DNA of 64,000 nucleotides from Trueperaceae bacterium (GTDB taxonomy: Bacteria > Deinococcota > Deinococci > Deinococcales > Trueperaceae), in assembly GCA_965213705.1 (NCBI GenBank), contig OZ243913.1, positions 1,696,001 to 1,760,000 on the forward strand, read 5' to 3'. The position numbers and the translations under genes were made by a program. Each line of letters opens with the position of its first letter. Within the stretch, counting starts at the first letter, position 1. The notes beneath the pieces are model-generated. The model did not search any database. It worked only from the letters and a program-made list of their open reading frames with translations, and had not been told where the DNA came from. This document shows, piece by piece, positions 1 through 10,158 of the stretch.

Positions 1-1
1 C

Positions 2-937
2 CTGGAGACGGCGGTGGCGCTGCGGGGTTCGGAGAACGCGGACGCCCAAGTCGAAGACCTGCGCGCGCTCGCGCTGGTTTATTACGGCCAAGGCGATGTG
101 AGAGCCGGCGGTCTGGCGCTGCGGGCGGCGCTGCGCCGCGGGACGCTGTTGCTCGACGTGCTCAACCGCCTGTCGCTGTGGGCGTTTTTGCTGGTGGGTT
201 TGCTGGCTTTGCACCTGCTGGGCGAAAGCCGCGTTGTAAAGTCCACCCTCCCACCCGACCCCGACCCGCCCAAAACGTGGACACTGACCCAGGTTTACGC
301 CGTCCTGGGTGTCGCACTCGTCCTCTCCCTGAGCGTTGCGTTTGTCTACGGGGTGTTGCGCTACGAGAACTACCTGGCTTTTTTGACGCCGTTGCAGTCG
401 GGCGACCTGCGCGCGCTCTTTTTTGCCTGTTTCGGGGCGTTTCTTTTCCTGTTCACCGTTTTGCGCACGGTTCGAAACGGTTTGGACCCCGTCGCGACGC
501 TGCTGGGCGACGCTGACAAAGTTGCCACGGGCGCGTTTATCGGCCTCGGTTTGGTGGTTGTCACACTTTTGTACTTGGGTTACTCCAAAGACTTTTTGGG
601 TAAGGGCGTTTTCTACCTGGACTTTTCACGGTTGACCCCGACGTTGGTCGCGGCGGCGGTACTGGTGCCGCTGAGCGAGGTTTTTTTCAGGGCTTTTGCG
701 CAGCCGCCTCTGCAGAAGCGTTACCCCCGGCACTACGGCGTGCTTGTTTCGGGCACACTTTTTGCCCTGGTGTTCGCGTCCCCGGCGCTGCTGCTGCTGG
801 CTATCGGCTTTGCCTTGGCCGCTTTTTTCCACCGCACCGGTAGCGGTTTGGCTCCCCTGGTGGCGAGTTTGGTTTTTCACCTGGGCTTGGTCGTCGGCGT
901 CGCTTTGCTGCCTTGGGTACGCCAACTCTTCGTCTGA
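2..937 (+). CDS. CPBP (CAAX/Abi) family intramembrane metalloprotease-domain membrane protein, 5' truncated by window edge
   Basis: Frame open from position 2; many TM segments; C-terminal PLSEVFFRAF and SLVFH resemble (partly degenerate) CPBP motifs. Confidence 0.6.
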   Translation: METAVALRGSENADAQVEDLRALALVYYGQGDVRAGGLALRAALRRGTLLLDVLNRLSLWAFLLVGLLALHLLGESRVVKSTLPPDPDPPKTWTLTQVYAVLGVALVLSLSVAFVYGVLRYENYLAFLTPLQSGDLRALFFACFGAFLFLFTVLRTVRNGLDPVATLLGDADKVATGAFIGLGLVVVTLLYLGYSKDFLGKGVFYLDFSRLTPTLVAAAVLVPLSEVFFRAFAQPPLQKRYPRHYGVLVSGTLFALVFASPALLLLAIGFALAAFFHRTGSGLAPLVASLVFHLGLVVGVALLPWVRQLFV

Positions 938-1255
938 GGGGTCCGTGGCCTCCGGTCTCGAGCCGGCAGCGGCAAACGCAAGACTTTTCACCCTACCTGG
1001 GTTTGGGCATACCTTGCCTTTGACTGCACTCAGCCCTCGCCCCTCAGTTCTTGCTACCCGGCCGTTCTGAGGTGGGGTCGGGGGCGAGCAACTCGCTTTG
1101 GTACTTCACTAGAGGTCTCGCAACCTGCTCGCGCCTGCGCCCATGTGCGGTTTTGAGTTACACTGTTCGTGCAAACCACAGCTCGAGTGCTGACAGTTCC
1201 CTGACAGGGTTTCGTCACACTGCAGCTTGGGTGCACAATTCTAACGGGAGGTAAC

Positions 1256-2551
1256 ATGAAACGTTTACTTGGAGTCTTGAGCGTGCTGACAGTGCTGAGC
1301 ATCGGCGCGGCGCAGACCAACATCGAGTTCTGGTACGCCTTTTCCGACGAGGCACGGAGCGGCTGGATTCAGGACCGCATCAGCGAGTTCAACGAGCAGC
1401 TCGGCTCGGACTCGCCCTATCAGGTGACTGGCGAGCGCAAGGGCAGCTACCGCGAAACCCTCGACGCCGCCGTGTTGGCCGCGCGTCAGGGCACGCCGCC
1501 GCACCTGGTCCAGCTGTTCGAGGTGGGCAGTCAGTTGGCCGTGGACACCGGCATTTTCGAGCCTATCGGCAACGTCGGCGGCGGCATCGACTTAGGCGAC
1601 TACATAGAGCCGGTCATCAACTACTACACCATCGACGGCGCGGTCAACTCGATTCCCTTCAACAGCTCGAGCCCGATTCTCTACGCCAACCTAGACCTCA
1701 TGGCCGAGGCGGGCGTCGAGAGCATACCGACCACCTACAGCGAAGTGCTAAGCGCTTGCGAGAAAGTAGCCGCGGCAGGCTTGGAGGCTAAGTGCATCGG
1801 CTTCAACCTGCACAGCTGGTTTTTCGAGCAGTGGGTGGCCGAGCAGGGCGCACCGCTGGTCAACAACGACAACGGGCGCTCGGGGCGCGCCACCGAAGTC
1901 CTGTTGACGAGCGACGCCGCCAAAAACGTCGTCAACTGGATTAAAGAACTCAACGACAACGGCTACTACACCTACACGGGCACCTTCGAGGACTGGGACG
2001 GCTCCCAAGCCATCTTTAACAACCAGCAAGCTGTGTTTCACATCACCTCGACCGCCGACCTAGGCAACACCACGACGGCTGCCAACGAGGCGGGGTTTGA
2101 ATTGGGCGCGGGCTTGCTGCCCATCGCCGACGACGTGGAGCGCAACGGCGTGGTCATCGGCGGGGCGAGCATTTGGCTTACCACGGGGCATCCGGAAGAA
2201 GAGTTGGAAGTCGCCAAAGACTTCGCCCTGTACATGACGAATCCTGAGAACATGGTGTCCTGGCACAAAATCACCGGCTATTACCCAGTCCGCAACAGCT
2301 CGGTCGAAGCCCTTGAAAGTGACGGCTGGTTCACCGAAAACCCGAACTACACCGTCGCCTTCGACCAACTGCTCGAGACCACGCCCAACACCGCCACGGC
2401 GGGCGCGCTCATGGGCAGCTTTTTGGAAACGCGCACCATCATCGAAGAAGCCATCCAAAAAGTGCTGAACGGTGCCAGCGTGGACGAATCCTTAACCGAG
2501 GCCAAGCGGCTTGCGGACGCCGCCCTGGAAGACTACAATAGCAACTTCTAA
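1256..2551 (+). CDS. ugpB: ABC substrate-binding protein, UgpB-like (glycerol-3-phosphate/carbohydrate)
   Basis: GGGAGG RBS, signal peptide, motifs PPHLVQLFEVG, IPFNSSSPILY, IGGASIW, WHKITGYYP. Confidence 0.8.
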   Translation: MKRLLGVLSVLTVLSIGAAQTNIEFWYAFSDEARSGWIQDRISEFNEQLGSDSPYQVTGERKGSYRETLDAAVLAARQGTPPHLVQLFEVGSQLAVDTGIFEPIGNVGGGIDLGDYIEPVINYYTIDGAVNSIPFNSSSPILYANLDLMAEAGVESIPTTYSEVLSACEKVAAAGLEAKCIGFNLHSWFFEQWVAEQGAPLVNNDNGRSGRATEVLLTSDAAKNVVNWIKELNDNGYYTYTGTFEDWDGSQAIFNNQQAVFHITSTADLGNTTTAANEAGFELGAGLLPIADDVERNGVVIGGASIWLTTGHPEEELEVAKDFALYMTNPENMVSWHKITGYYPVRNSSVEALESDGWFTENPNYTVAFDQLLETTPNTATAGALMGSFLETRTIIEEAIQKVLNGASVDESLTEAKRLADAALEDYNSNF

Positions 2552-2569
2552 ATAGCGGCTGTGACAGAT

Positions 2570-2598
2570 GAGGGCGGGCTTTCTCCCGTCCTCTTTTT
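2570..2598 (+). terminator. Intrinsic terminator/stabilising hairpin after the SBP gene
   Basis: GAGGGCGGG-ctttct-CCCGTCCTC followed by TTTTT. Confidence 0.7.
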
Positions 2599-2664
2599 AA
2601 GTCTGAAGGTTTGTCTACTCGAGGCCGTGATTGCAGTAAACCCACAAAGAGGCCAAGCCGCGCT

Positions 2665-2770
2665 TCATTGTGAGCGCAACGCAGTGAAGCGCGGCAATCT
2701 CGAGCCTTGACGGTCTTCAGCCGTGGTCATCGTGTGAGGTTGGCTCAATGGTTTCGCTCCTCGCAACGAC
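2665..2770. repeat. Degenerate REP-like palindromic element
   Basis: Ends tcattgtgagcgcaacgcagtgaagcgcggcaatctc and cgctcctcgcaacgac resemble the widespread GTCATTGCGAG...CTCGCAATGAC intergenic repeat. Confidence 0.55.
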
Positions 2771-2858
2771 AAAGGTACATAAAAGCTGCCTTCTCAGTTG
2801 CTTTGTGTGGCAAAAGTGTCTCGAGGGCGTCCAACCAAGGAACAGGTATGATTTAACG

Positions 2859-3785
2859 ATGCAAGACCACGCCGTTTTCAAAAGCCGCCTTTTCCCCTGG
2901 TTGCTGCTGCTGCCGTCGCTGCTCATCTTGGCTGTTTTTATTTATTTTCCGGCGGTTCAAGCCTTTATTTTAAGTTTTTACCGAAGCAATTTGCGACTTG
3001 GTACGCGTAAGTTTATCGGCTTCGAGAACTTTACCGACCTCTTTGTCGGCCCTTTCTCAGGCGCTTACAAACAGATTATGGTGCAGTCGCTGCTTTTCAG
3101 CCTCTGCGTGGTCGTCATCGGTTTGTCGCTGAGTGTGGTATTAGCGACATTTGCAAGTCAAAAGGTGCGGGGCGCGCGCGTGTACCGCCTGTTCCTCATC
3201 TGGCCCTTCGCGCTGTCGCCCGCGGTGGCGGCAACGATTTTTCTGTTCCTGTTCAACCCACAAGTCGGTGGGGTCAACCTCATCCTGAACGAGCTGTTCG
3301 GCATCAAACCGAGGTGGCTGGATACGGCTTGGCTGACATTCCTGCTCGTGGTGCTGGCGGCGGTCTGGAAAAACTTGGGCTACAACATCGTTTTCTACTT
3401 AGCCGCTTTGCAGAACATCCCCAAAGAGTACGACGAGGCCGCCGCCATCGACGGAGCCGGACCCGTATCACGTTTTTTCCGCATCACCTTACCGATGCTC
3501 AGTCCGATGACGTTTTTTTTGGTCTTTACCAACCTCACCTTCAGCTTTTTCGACGCCTTTGGCATTATCGACATCATGACGCGGGGCGGACCCGTCGGCC
3601 CCGACCCCATCGACAACGCGGGCGTCACGACCATCATGATGTACCGGGTGTTTCAGGAGGGGATTCAACAGGGTAAAAGCGGCTTCGCGGCGGCGTTCAG
3701 CATCTTTATTTTGATGATTGTTGCGATTATCACGCTTCTGCAGTTTCGTTACGGCTCCCGCAACGTCCAGTACGGAGATAACTGA
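2859..3785 (+). CDS. ugpA: Carbohydrate ABC permease, UgpA-like
   Basis: TM helices, EAA loop (EAAAIDGA), DIMTRGGP; start moved to ATG 2859. Confidence 0.8.
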   Translation: MQDHAVFKSRLFPWLLLLPSLLILAVFIYFPAVQAFILSFYRSNLRLGTRKFIGFENFTDLFVGPFSGAYKQIMVQSLLFSLCVVVIGLSLSVVLATFASQKVRGARVYRLFLIWPFALSPAVAATIFLFLFNPQVGGVNLILNELFGIKPRWLDTAWLTFLLVVLAAVWKNLGYNIVFYLAALQNIPKEYDEAAAIDGAGPVSRFFRITLPMLSPMTFFLVFTNLTFSFFDAFGIIDIMTRGGPVGPDPIDNAGVTTIMMYRVFQEGIQQGKSGFAAAFSIFILMIVAIITLLQFRYGSRNVQYGDN

Positions 3786-4678
3786 TGCGCAACCGCCACG
3801 CCTGGCTGGTCCACCTCGTCCTCATCATCGGCTGCGTCATCGTCATGTTTCCGATTGTTTTTGCCGTTATCAAGGCGACGCAGACACGCTCGGCGGTGCT
3901 GAGCCCGAGCCTCGTGCCGGGGCCTGAGTTTTTGAACAACCTGCGCGCCGTGTGGATAGACGCGAACCTGTGGATGTTCATGCGCAACTCGTTCGTCGTG
4001 GCGATTGCGGTGACGGTGGGGAAGACCATCCTGTCGCTGTTCGCGGGCATGGCGCTGGTGTTTTTCCGCTTTCCGTTTAAGCGCTTCGTGTTCGGCTTCA
4101 TCCTGCTCACCCTGATGATGCCGACCGAGGTGCTGCTCATCCCGCTGTTCGACCTCGTCTCGCAGCAACCGCCGCAGTCGTGGGCGGCATTTTGGGAATG
4201 GTTTCAAAATCCGCGGCAGGTCTTGCTCGAGCCCAACCCCTTCGGCCTCGGCTGGGCGAACACGTATTGGGCCATCATCGTGCCGTTTTTGGCCTCGGCG
4301 ACGGGGACGTTTTTGTTTCGACAGCACTTTATGGCGATTCCGCAAAGCCTCGCCGACGCCGCCCGAATAGACGGTGCGTCGGCTATGCGCTTTCTCACCA
4401 GCATCCTCATCCCGATGAGCTGGAACACCATCGGCGCGCTCGCGGTGATTCAGTTCGTGTACGTGTGGGACCAGTACCTGTGGCCCAAAGTCATCATCCG
4501 TCGCGAGGAGTTGCAGGTCGTGCAGGTCGGGCTCAACCTCATCATCGGCACAGGGGAGGGGACACAGTGGGGTTACGTGATGGCGGGCGCGCTGCTGACG
4601 CTGCTGCCGCCGATTATCGTGTTTGCGCTGCTGCAGGAGCAGTTCATGCGGGGGTTTGCGCTGTCGGAGAGCAAGTAG
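3785..4678 (+). CDS. ugpE: Carbohydrate ABC permease, UgpE-like
   Basis: TLMMPTEV, ASATGTFLFRQHF, DAARIDGA, WDQYLWP; overlaps the upstream stop. Confidence 0.8.
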   Translation: MRNRHAWLVHLVLIIGCVIVMFPIVFAVIKATQTRSAVLSPSLVPGPEFLNNLRAVWIDANLWMFMRNSFVVAIAVTVGKTILSLFAGMALVFFRFPFKRFVFGFILLTLMMPTEVLLIPLFDLVSQQPPQSWAAFWEWFQNPRQVLLEPNPFGLGWANTYWAIIVPFLASATGTFLFRQHFMAIPQSLADAARIDGASAMRFLTSILIPMSWNTIGALAVIQFVYVWDQYLWPKVIIRREELQVVQVGLNLIIGTGEGTQWGYVMAGALLTLLPPIIVFALLQEQFMRGFALSESK

Positions 4679-4700
4679 AACTCACATTTACACAGTTTGC

Positions 4701-5146
4701 CTAATCACGCTCGAGATTTTCTAAGTCGAGTAAGTCTTGCGGCCTTCCGGCTGCTTGCTTGGCCTTGATAAGGTCACCCTTAGAAATGAAGTGCATTTCT
4801 GTTTCGGACACTTGAAGAGTCTCACGGTTCTTCCAAACCTCGGAAAAGCTTACACCTGGAATCGACATGAGCACATCGACACGTAGAGGCGGACTTCCCA
4901 TCTTGTAGAAATAACCTTCTTGGGCGAAGTCTTCTGGCGAGAGATTATGGAGCGGTGCGCCGAACTCTGCAAGTGCTGCGTAAACGGCTCGAGCGTTGTC
5001 GTCGTCAACCGCGATAAGCACTTGAGGTTTTTTGTAAATCTCGGCTCGGTGTAGCGCATCACCGCGTAGCCGCCGACAATCATATAACGAACCTCATATT
5101 TTTTGAAAAGACTCAACAGTTCTTTGAAGTCTGGGCTCGTCAGCAT
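4701..5146 (-). pseudogene. Minimal nucleotidyltransferase-family gene split by a -1 frameshift
   Basis: N-half YMIVGGYAVMRYTEPRFTK (frame of 5146) continues in the -1 frame as VLIAVD...KQAAGRPQDLLDLENL; junction near 5022-5033. Confidence 0.7.
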
Positions 5147-5285
5147 AACCTTCCTTTATCAGCAGATAATCTTTAACCAAGTCGAAGGCCGCCTCAAACA
5201 GAACTTCGGGGGTTTGGCTTTGCCAGAAGACCAAATCGAAATCGTCGTCTTCTCCCAATTTGCTGTAGCTTTCTTGAATTGCCAT
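5094..5285 (-). CDS. Small hypothetical protein, partner of the nucleotidyltransferase
   Basis: 63 aa, FDLVFWQSQTPE...PRLQRTV; overlaps the nucleotidyltransferase start. Confidence 0.65.
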   Translation of the reverse strand: MAIQESYSKLGEDDDFDLVFWQSQTPEVLFEAAFDLVKDYLLIKEGYADEPRLQRTVESFQKI

Positions 5286-5319
5286 AAGCTATTTTAAGCC
5301 CTTTGTTCTCCTGCCATTG

Positions 5320-5754
5320 TCAGACCTTAAGTTCTCCGCTCAACCACCAATCCAGATAAATTTGTAAAGATGGCGCAGCCCAAGTGCGGCTATCATTCTC
5401 GTGATTCCACACAAAAATATCAGAGCGACGAATTTCTCCATCAAGAATCGTAAAAGCGAACTGGTCGCCGTTACCCGCATCCGCGAAGAACAAGAGCGGG
5501 TCGAATGGCATATACAAATCTCTGAAAACCGGCGTTTGCCGAAACTCGAGGTTATCTTTCACGATGCGCTCGATAGGCCAGATTAGGCCAAGTTCGTATT
5601 CCCCGTGGACACCGTTAGACTCTCTCAACAGAGCCTTGAGTTCAGCCGGCAGAACTACTGCCAAAGAGTGTTCCGCTTTGATAATGTCGGCGGGTGTGGC
5701 AGGTGGATAAAACTCACATTCGGTTGTTAATTTCTGAAGTTGCTCTTTCCACAT
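5320..5754 (-). CDS. SMI1/KNR4 (SUKH) family protein
   Basis: PPAT...LPAELKALLRESNG...FFADAGNGDQF...IFVWNHE...APSL pattern. Confidence 0.85.
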   Translation of the reverse strand: MWKEQLQKLTTECEFYPPATPADIIKAEHSLAVVLPAELKALLRESNGVHGEYELGLIWPIERIVKDNLEFRQTPVFRDLYMPFDPLLFFADAGNGDQFAFTILDGEIRRSDIFVWNHENDSRTWAAPSLQIYLDWWLSGELKV

Positions 5755-5957
5755 ACTTTCTAGCTTATTGCATTAGCAACGCCGCGCACAGCAACAGAAC
5801 TATGATTATCCCGCAGAAGCAGAAGGCATCCCGTCCCCAAAATTGAACGAAGTAACCCTCGTAAGTGTCTTGCGAGAACCTAAGTGTCACTGCATATTTT
5901 TCGAAAGCAACGCCCCTTTTTCCGAAGTCAGAACGTTGTTTGACTAAGCGCTCAGTT

Positions 5958-6794
5958 TCAAACCCCCAACCCACTCCCCAACACCTCATCCCTAATCAAC
6001 CTCTCAGTTAACACCAGCAGCACCAAGCCGGGCAGCGACACGAGCAGCGCCAAGCCCGCCGCCACCGGGTCCAGACCGCCGCCGCCCGCGAGTTTGGAGA
6101 ACAGCAGCGTCGGCAGGGTTTGCAAACTCCCCCGTGACACGAAAAAGGTCAGCAAAAACAGGTTCGACGACACCAAAAAGGTGAATAGCCCGCCCGCGAG
6201 GATGCCCGGCGCGACGAGCGGCAGGGTGACGTGCCAAAAGGTTTGCAGCGGCCCCGCGCCCAGGGTACGCGCCTGCGCCTCGTAACTGGTGTCCAGGTTT
6301 TGAAATACCGCCGTGAGTATTCGGGTCATGTAAGGAATCGTCGGGATGAGGTGGGCGATGACCACGCCGACAAAACCTCCCGCCAAACCCAAACGCAAAA
6401 AGATGACGAGGATGCCCAAGCCCACCGCGATTTCGGGGACGACCAGCGGTGTGAGGAGGAAGAACTCGAGCCCCGCCTTGCCCCGAAACTCTCTGGTCGC
6501 CAGGGCTCGAGCGGCCGGCAAGCAGATGAGGGCGCACAAAAACGTCACGGCCAGCGCGATGAGTACCGTGTTGCGCAGCGCGGGCAGAGCGCCGGAAGCG
6601 CTCGAGAAGATGAAGTCCCACCCCACCGGCACCCGTGCCGACCCCCACGCCGCCCACCACCACACGCTCGGCAGCAAGTCGGGCCAGGCCCAGCGAAAGG
6701 CGAGCGACGCAGTGATAAGCAAAACGAACGGCCCGGCGAACGCGACGACGGCGCAGGTCAGGTAGAGTTTGGCAAATGGAGAAGGTGATTTCAC
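5958..6794 (-). CDS. ABC permease (YnjC C-half/PotC-like)
   Basis: GTG 6794 overlaps the upstream TGA; WAWPDLLP, EAQARTLGA; the longer ORF's N-extension is a shadow frame. Confidence 0.8.
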   Translation of the reverse strand: MKSPSPFAKLYLTCAVVAFAGPFVLLITASLAFRWAWPDLLPSVWWWAAWGSARVPVGWDFIFSSASGALPALRNTVLIALAVTFLCALICLPAARALATREFRGKAGLEFFLLTPLVVPEIAVGLGILVIFLRLGLAGGFVGVVIAHLIPTIPYMTRILTAVFQNLDTSYEAQARTLGAGPLQTFWHVTLPLVAPGILAGGLFTFLVSSNLFLLTFFVSRGSLQTLPTLLFSKLAGGGGLDPVAAGLALLVSLPGLVLLVLTERLIRDEVLGSGLGV

Positions 6795-7666
6795 ACCCGC
6801 CCCCGCCCGCGCTCGAAGCGGCGGTAGAGGACGAGGTAGGCGACCAGCAAGAGGCTCGAGAGCCCCGTGATGACCATGACGATTGCCATCGCCTGCAAGC
6901 GCCGCAACGGGTCCGCGTCGCTGAACGCCCGCCACGCCTCGACCGGCAACGTGCTGGGAAAGCCGCCGCCCAAAATAAACGGCACCTCGAACGAGCCGAA
7001 GTTGAACGCGAAGACGATGAGGCTCGCCGCGACGATGCCGGGCGCGAGCCGCGGCAGGGTCACAAACCAAAACACCCGGCGCGCGTTCGCGCCCAGGGTG
7101 CGCGCCGCGGCCTCCAGGTCCGCGTCCAAACCGACAAGCGTCGAATAGATGACGAGGGTCGCGAACGGCACTTGCTTCCACAGGTACACGAGCATAATGC
7201 CGATGCCCGCGTGCGAGTTGAGCAGTCGCGGAAAATCCCTCGTCGTTTCGACAAGTCCGAGCGTGTGCAAGACACGCGCCACTAGCCCGCCGTTCGACCA
7301 CAGCAGCACGGTCAGCGCGACGCCGACGAGGTAAGGCACCATCAGCGGGAGTTTGTAGAGGAAGCCGACCCACGCCCGCCCCCGAAAACGGCGGTGGAGG
7401 AGCTGCGCCAGATAGACGCTCAACACGGTGCCGACGACGGTCGGTAGAAGCGCGTAGTAAAAGGTATAACCGAGCGAGCGCCAAAAGCCCGGCGTCGCGA
7501 ATAGAACGCGGTAGTGCTGAAGCGTGAATTCGCGCACGCCGTACCACGGTGCCCAGCCGAAACTCTGCAACAGCGCCGTTACGAACGCGCCGACGTAGAG
7601 TGCGCCCAGCACCGTCACCACGGGCGCGAGCATGAGGAGGGTGGTGACGCTGCGACCGGGGCGCAT
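6791..7666 (-). CDS. ABC permease (YnjC N-half/PotB-like)
   Basis: TM helices, WKQVPF, EAAARTLGA, FGSFEVPFILG. Confidence 0.8.
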   Translation of the reverse strand: MRPGRSVTTLLMLAPVVTVLGALYVGAFVTALLQSFGWAPWYGVREFTLQHYRVLFATPGFWRSLGYTFYYALLPTVVGTVLSVYLAQLLHRRFRGRAWVGFLYKLPLMVPYLVGVALTVLLWSNGGLVARVLHTLGLVETTRDFPRLLNSHAGIGIMLVYLWKQVPFATLVIYSTLVGLDADLEAAARTLGANARRVFWFVTLPRLAPGIVAASLIVFAFNFGSFEVPFILGGGFPSTLPVEAWRAFSDADPLRRLQAMAIVMVITGLSSLLLVAYLVLYRRFERGRGRV

Positions 7667-7680
7667 CGTTTAAGCCGCGC

Positions 7681-9042
7681 CTAGCGGCGGGCGGCGACGG
7701 CTGCGGCGAGGAGTGTTTCGACGGACTTGTCCGACTGGCGCTCGACGTAGTCAATCCACACGCTTTGCAGCACGTCCACGATGCTGGCGTTCGCCTCGGG
7801 CACTTCGGTGGCGGCGAGTTCTGCAAAGGTCACGCCGCGCAGGTCGGGCGCGGCGGCGGCGACCTCTTGTTGAAGTTCGGGCGGCAGCAGCGGCACGTCC
7901 ACGCCCGGCGCGTAGCCGAGCGCCGCGAGTTTGGAAACCTGGTTTGCGGGTCTCGAGAGCAGGTTCGCCAGCACCAAGGCGGCGGCGGGGTGGGGGGCAC
8001 TCTCGGGGATGGTGATAAAGCTTTTGTTCGTAATCATGCCGCTGGTCGGGAAGATGATGTTTTGCACGGTGTCGGCGTAAGACCCGTTGTCCACGCCGAC
8101 TGCCGCGCTGAAAGCGCCGAACTGGCACTGCATGTCTACCTCGCCGTTGTTGAAAAACGTTTCGTTGGCGGCCTCGGTCTCGGGGTAGATGGGGGAGCCG
8201 CGCACGCCCTCCGCGCCGCCCCCGCCGAGGAGAAAGGGCTCGAGCCCGCGCAAGTATTCAAAGCCGGGCGTGATGACTCGAGCGAAAGCCTCGACATCTA
8301 TGTCCGCCAAGTCTTGCTGAAACGGCGCGTAACCCGTGCCGTCCGGGTTGAAAGCGTACAGCACGCTCTGCACAAAGGCGTTGCCGATGTAGTTCGGCGG
8401 GCGCACGTAAGTGAAGCGGCCGGGGTTGGCTTGCAGGTAGTTCTTAAGTTCCGCGTAGTCCTTCGGCGCGTCCGCCGCGCTCAGCCGCGCGGTGTCGATG
8501 AGACAGGTGTACTCGAACTGCGCCCAGGGGACTTCTTGCAGCCCTGTCGGATAACCGTTGTCGGCCAGGTTGATAGCTGAACGCGGGTCGGAGGCATCGA
8601 AGAAAAAATACTCGGCGTTGGGCAGCTTATCGGCGAACGCGCCGAATAGCAAATCTTGCGAGGCGAGGGTGTAAAAGTTCTCGCCGTTGATCCAAATCGC
8701 GTCGACCGTACCCTCACCCGGCCCGCGCCCGACCGCGCTGTCGGCAACGACCTGGTCGACCGCGTCGCGGGTGTCGGGCACGCGTGAGGTGTTGAGCGTG
8801 ACGCCGAGCGCGGCCAGTTCGGGCTTGACCACGCCCTCAATCCAGGCGTTGAGTTCGTCGCTGCCGCCCCAGTGGAACCAGGCGACTTCGCCCTCTTCTT
8901 GGGCTTTCGCTACGACCTCGTCCCAACTCAGTTCGCCCGCCAAAAACGCTTTTTGAAAAGCCGCCGCGTCTTGGGCGGTGTCCTGTGCAACGGCGAGGGT
9001 GGCGACGAGTAAGAGAACGAGTAAAACGATTGCCTTTTTCAT
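7681..9042 (-). CDS. ABC substrate-binding protein, YnjB-like
   Basis: GGAGG RBS, signal peptide, WGGS, DAIWINGENF, NPGRFTY motifs. Confidence 0.75.
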   Translation of the reverse strand: MKKAIVLLVLLLVATLAVAQDTAQDAAAFQKAFLAGELSWDEVVAKAQEEGEVAWFHWGGSDELNAWIEGVVKPELAALGVTLNTSRVPDTRDAVDQVVADSAVGRGPGEGTVDAIWINGENFYTLASQDLLFGAFADKLPNAEYFFFDASDPRSAINLADNGYPTGLQEVPWAQFEYTCLIDTARLSAADAPKDYAELKNYLQANPGRFTYVRPPNYIGNAFVQSVLYAFNPDGTGYAPFQQDLADIDVEAFARVITPGFEYLRGLEPFLLGGGGAEGVRGSPIYPETEAANETFFNNGEVDMQCQFGAFSAAVGVDNGSYADTVQNIIFPTSGMITNKSFITIPESAPHPAAALVLANLLSRPANQVSKLAALGYAPGVDVPLLPPELQQEVAAAAPDLRGVTFAELAATEVPEANASIVDVLQSVWIDYVERQSDKSVETLLAAAVAARR

Positions 9043-9054
9043 AGTTTCCTCCCT

Positions 9055-10158
9055 TTATGACGCTCGAGTTTTCTCAATAGTTTTTTCATTTTTGACGAGC
9101 CACAAGTTTTGAGCGGGCAGCGTCAGCGTGACGTAATCGCCGGGGGCGAACCGTTTTTCGCTGCTTACCGATGCGCTCAAAGCGGCCTCGCCTACGGCAA
9201 CCTCGTACAGCACGCTGTCGCCGCGGTACTTCGCCGCGCGCACGACGCCGTCGAAACTGTTGGGACCCGGCTCCAAGTCGGGCAGCGCTACCTCCACCCC
9301 TTCGGGTCGAATCGTGAGCCAGCCCGTTTCGCCCGCAAAATCGGTCTGGGCGGTGCGCAGCCAACCCAATTCCGTTTCGACGAGACCGCCGCCCTCACGC
9401 AGTTTTTTAATTTTCAAGAGGTTCCCGACGCCCATGAAACGCGCCACCGCCTCGCTGCGGGGGCGTTCGTAAACCTCTTGCGGTGTAGCGAGTTGCTCGA
9501 GTCGGCCCGCGAGCATCACGCCGACGGTGTCACTCAGCTCGAGCGCCTCGTGCTGGTCGTGGGTGACGAACACGGTGGTGATACCGAGCCGCTGCTGCAA
9601 GCCGCGAATAAAGCCGCGCAACCCTTCGCGGAGCGAAGCGTCCAGGTTGGACAGCGGTTCGTCTAAGAGCAACACCTCGGGCCGGGTGACGACGGTGCGG
9701 GCGATGGCGACGCGCTGCTGTTGCCCGCCCGAAAGCGAGTTCGGAAAGCGGCGTTCGAAGCCGGTGAGTTCGACGGTCTCGAGGGTTTCGGCCACACGCC
9801 GCCGGGTTTCAGCCTTGTCCAGCCCGCGCATCCGCAGCCCGAACGAGACGTTCCGCTCGACGTTCATGTGCGGAAACAGCGCGTAGCGCTGAAACACCAT
9901 GCCGATGTTGCGGCGCTCGGGGGGCAGGGTGGTGACATCTTTGTTCCCAAAACAGATGTGGCCCGTGTCCGGCTCGAGCAAGCCCGCGATGAGTTTGAGC
10001 GTCGTCGTCTTGCCGCAGCCCGAAGGCCCGAGCAGCGTGAGCAGGCGACCCGCCTCGACACCCAACTCGAGGGCTTCGACGGCTACCGCGTCGCCGTATC
10101 TTTTGCTGACGCCCCGCAAACTGAGGGACACTGCGTTGTGACCTGACTGTCGACTCAC
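9055..10158 (-). CDS. ABC ATP-binding protein (PotA-like, with TOBE domain)
   Basis: Walker A GPSGCGKT, LSGGQQQR, LLLDEP, H-loop. Confidence 0.9.
   Translation of the reverse strand: MSRQSGHNAVSLSLRGVSKRYGDAVAVEALELGVEAGRLLTLLGPSGCGKTTTLKLIAGLLEPDTGHICFGNKDVTTLPPERRNIGMVFQRYALFPHMNVERNVSFGLRMRGLDKAETRRRVAETLETVELTGFERRFPNSLSGGQQQRVAIARTVVTRPEVLLLDEPLSNLDASLREGLRGFIRGLQQRLGITTVFVTHDQHEALELSDTVGVMLAGRLEQLATPQEVYERPRSEAVARFMGVGNLLKIKKLREGGGLVETELGWLRTAQTDFAGETGWLTIRPEGVEVALPDLEPGPNSFDGVVRAAKYRGDSVLYEVAVGEAALSASVSSEKRFAPGDYVTLTLPAQNLWLVKNEKTIEKTRAS

Noticed and set aside
5765..5989. 74-aa minus-strand ORF
   Set aside because: Overlaps the permease end, with no RBS or recognisable domain
6795..7826. 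622-aa ORF 5958..7826 as one protein
   Set aside because: Its N-terminal part is an Arg/Pro-rich shadow frame over the real permease; the gene starts at GTG 6794
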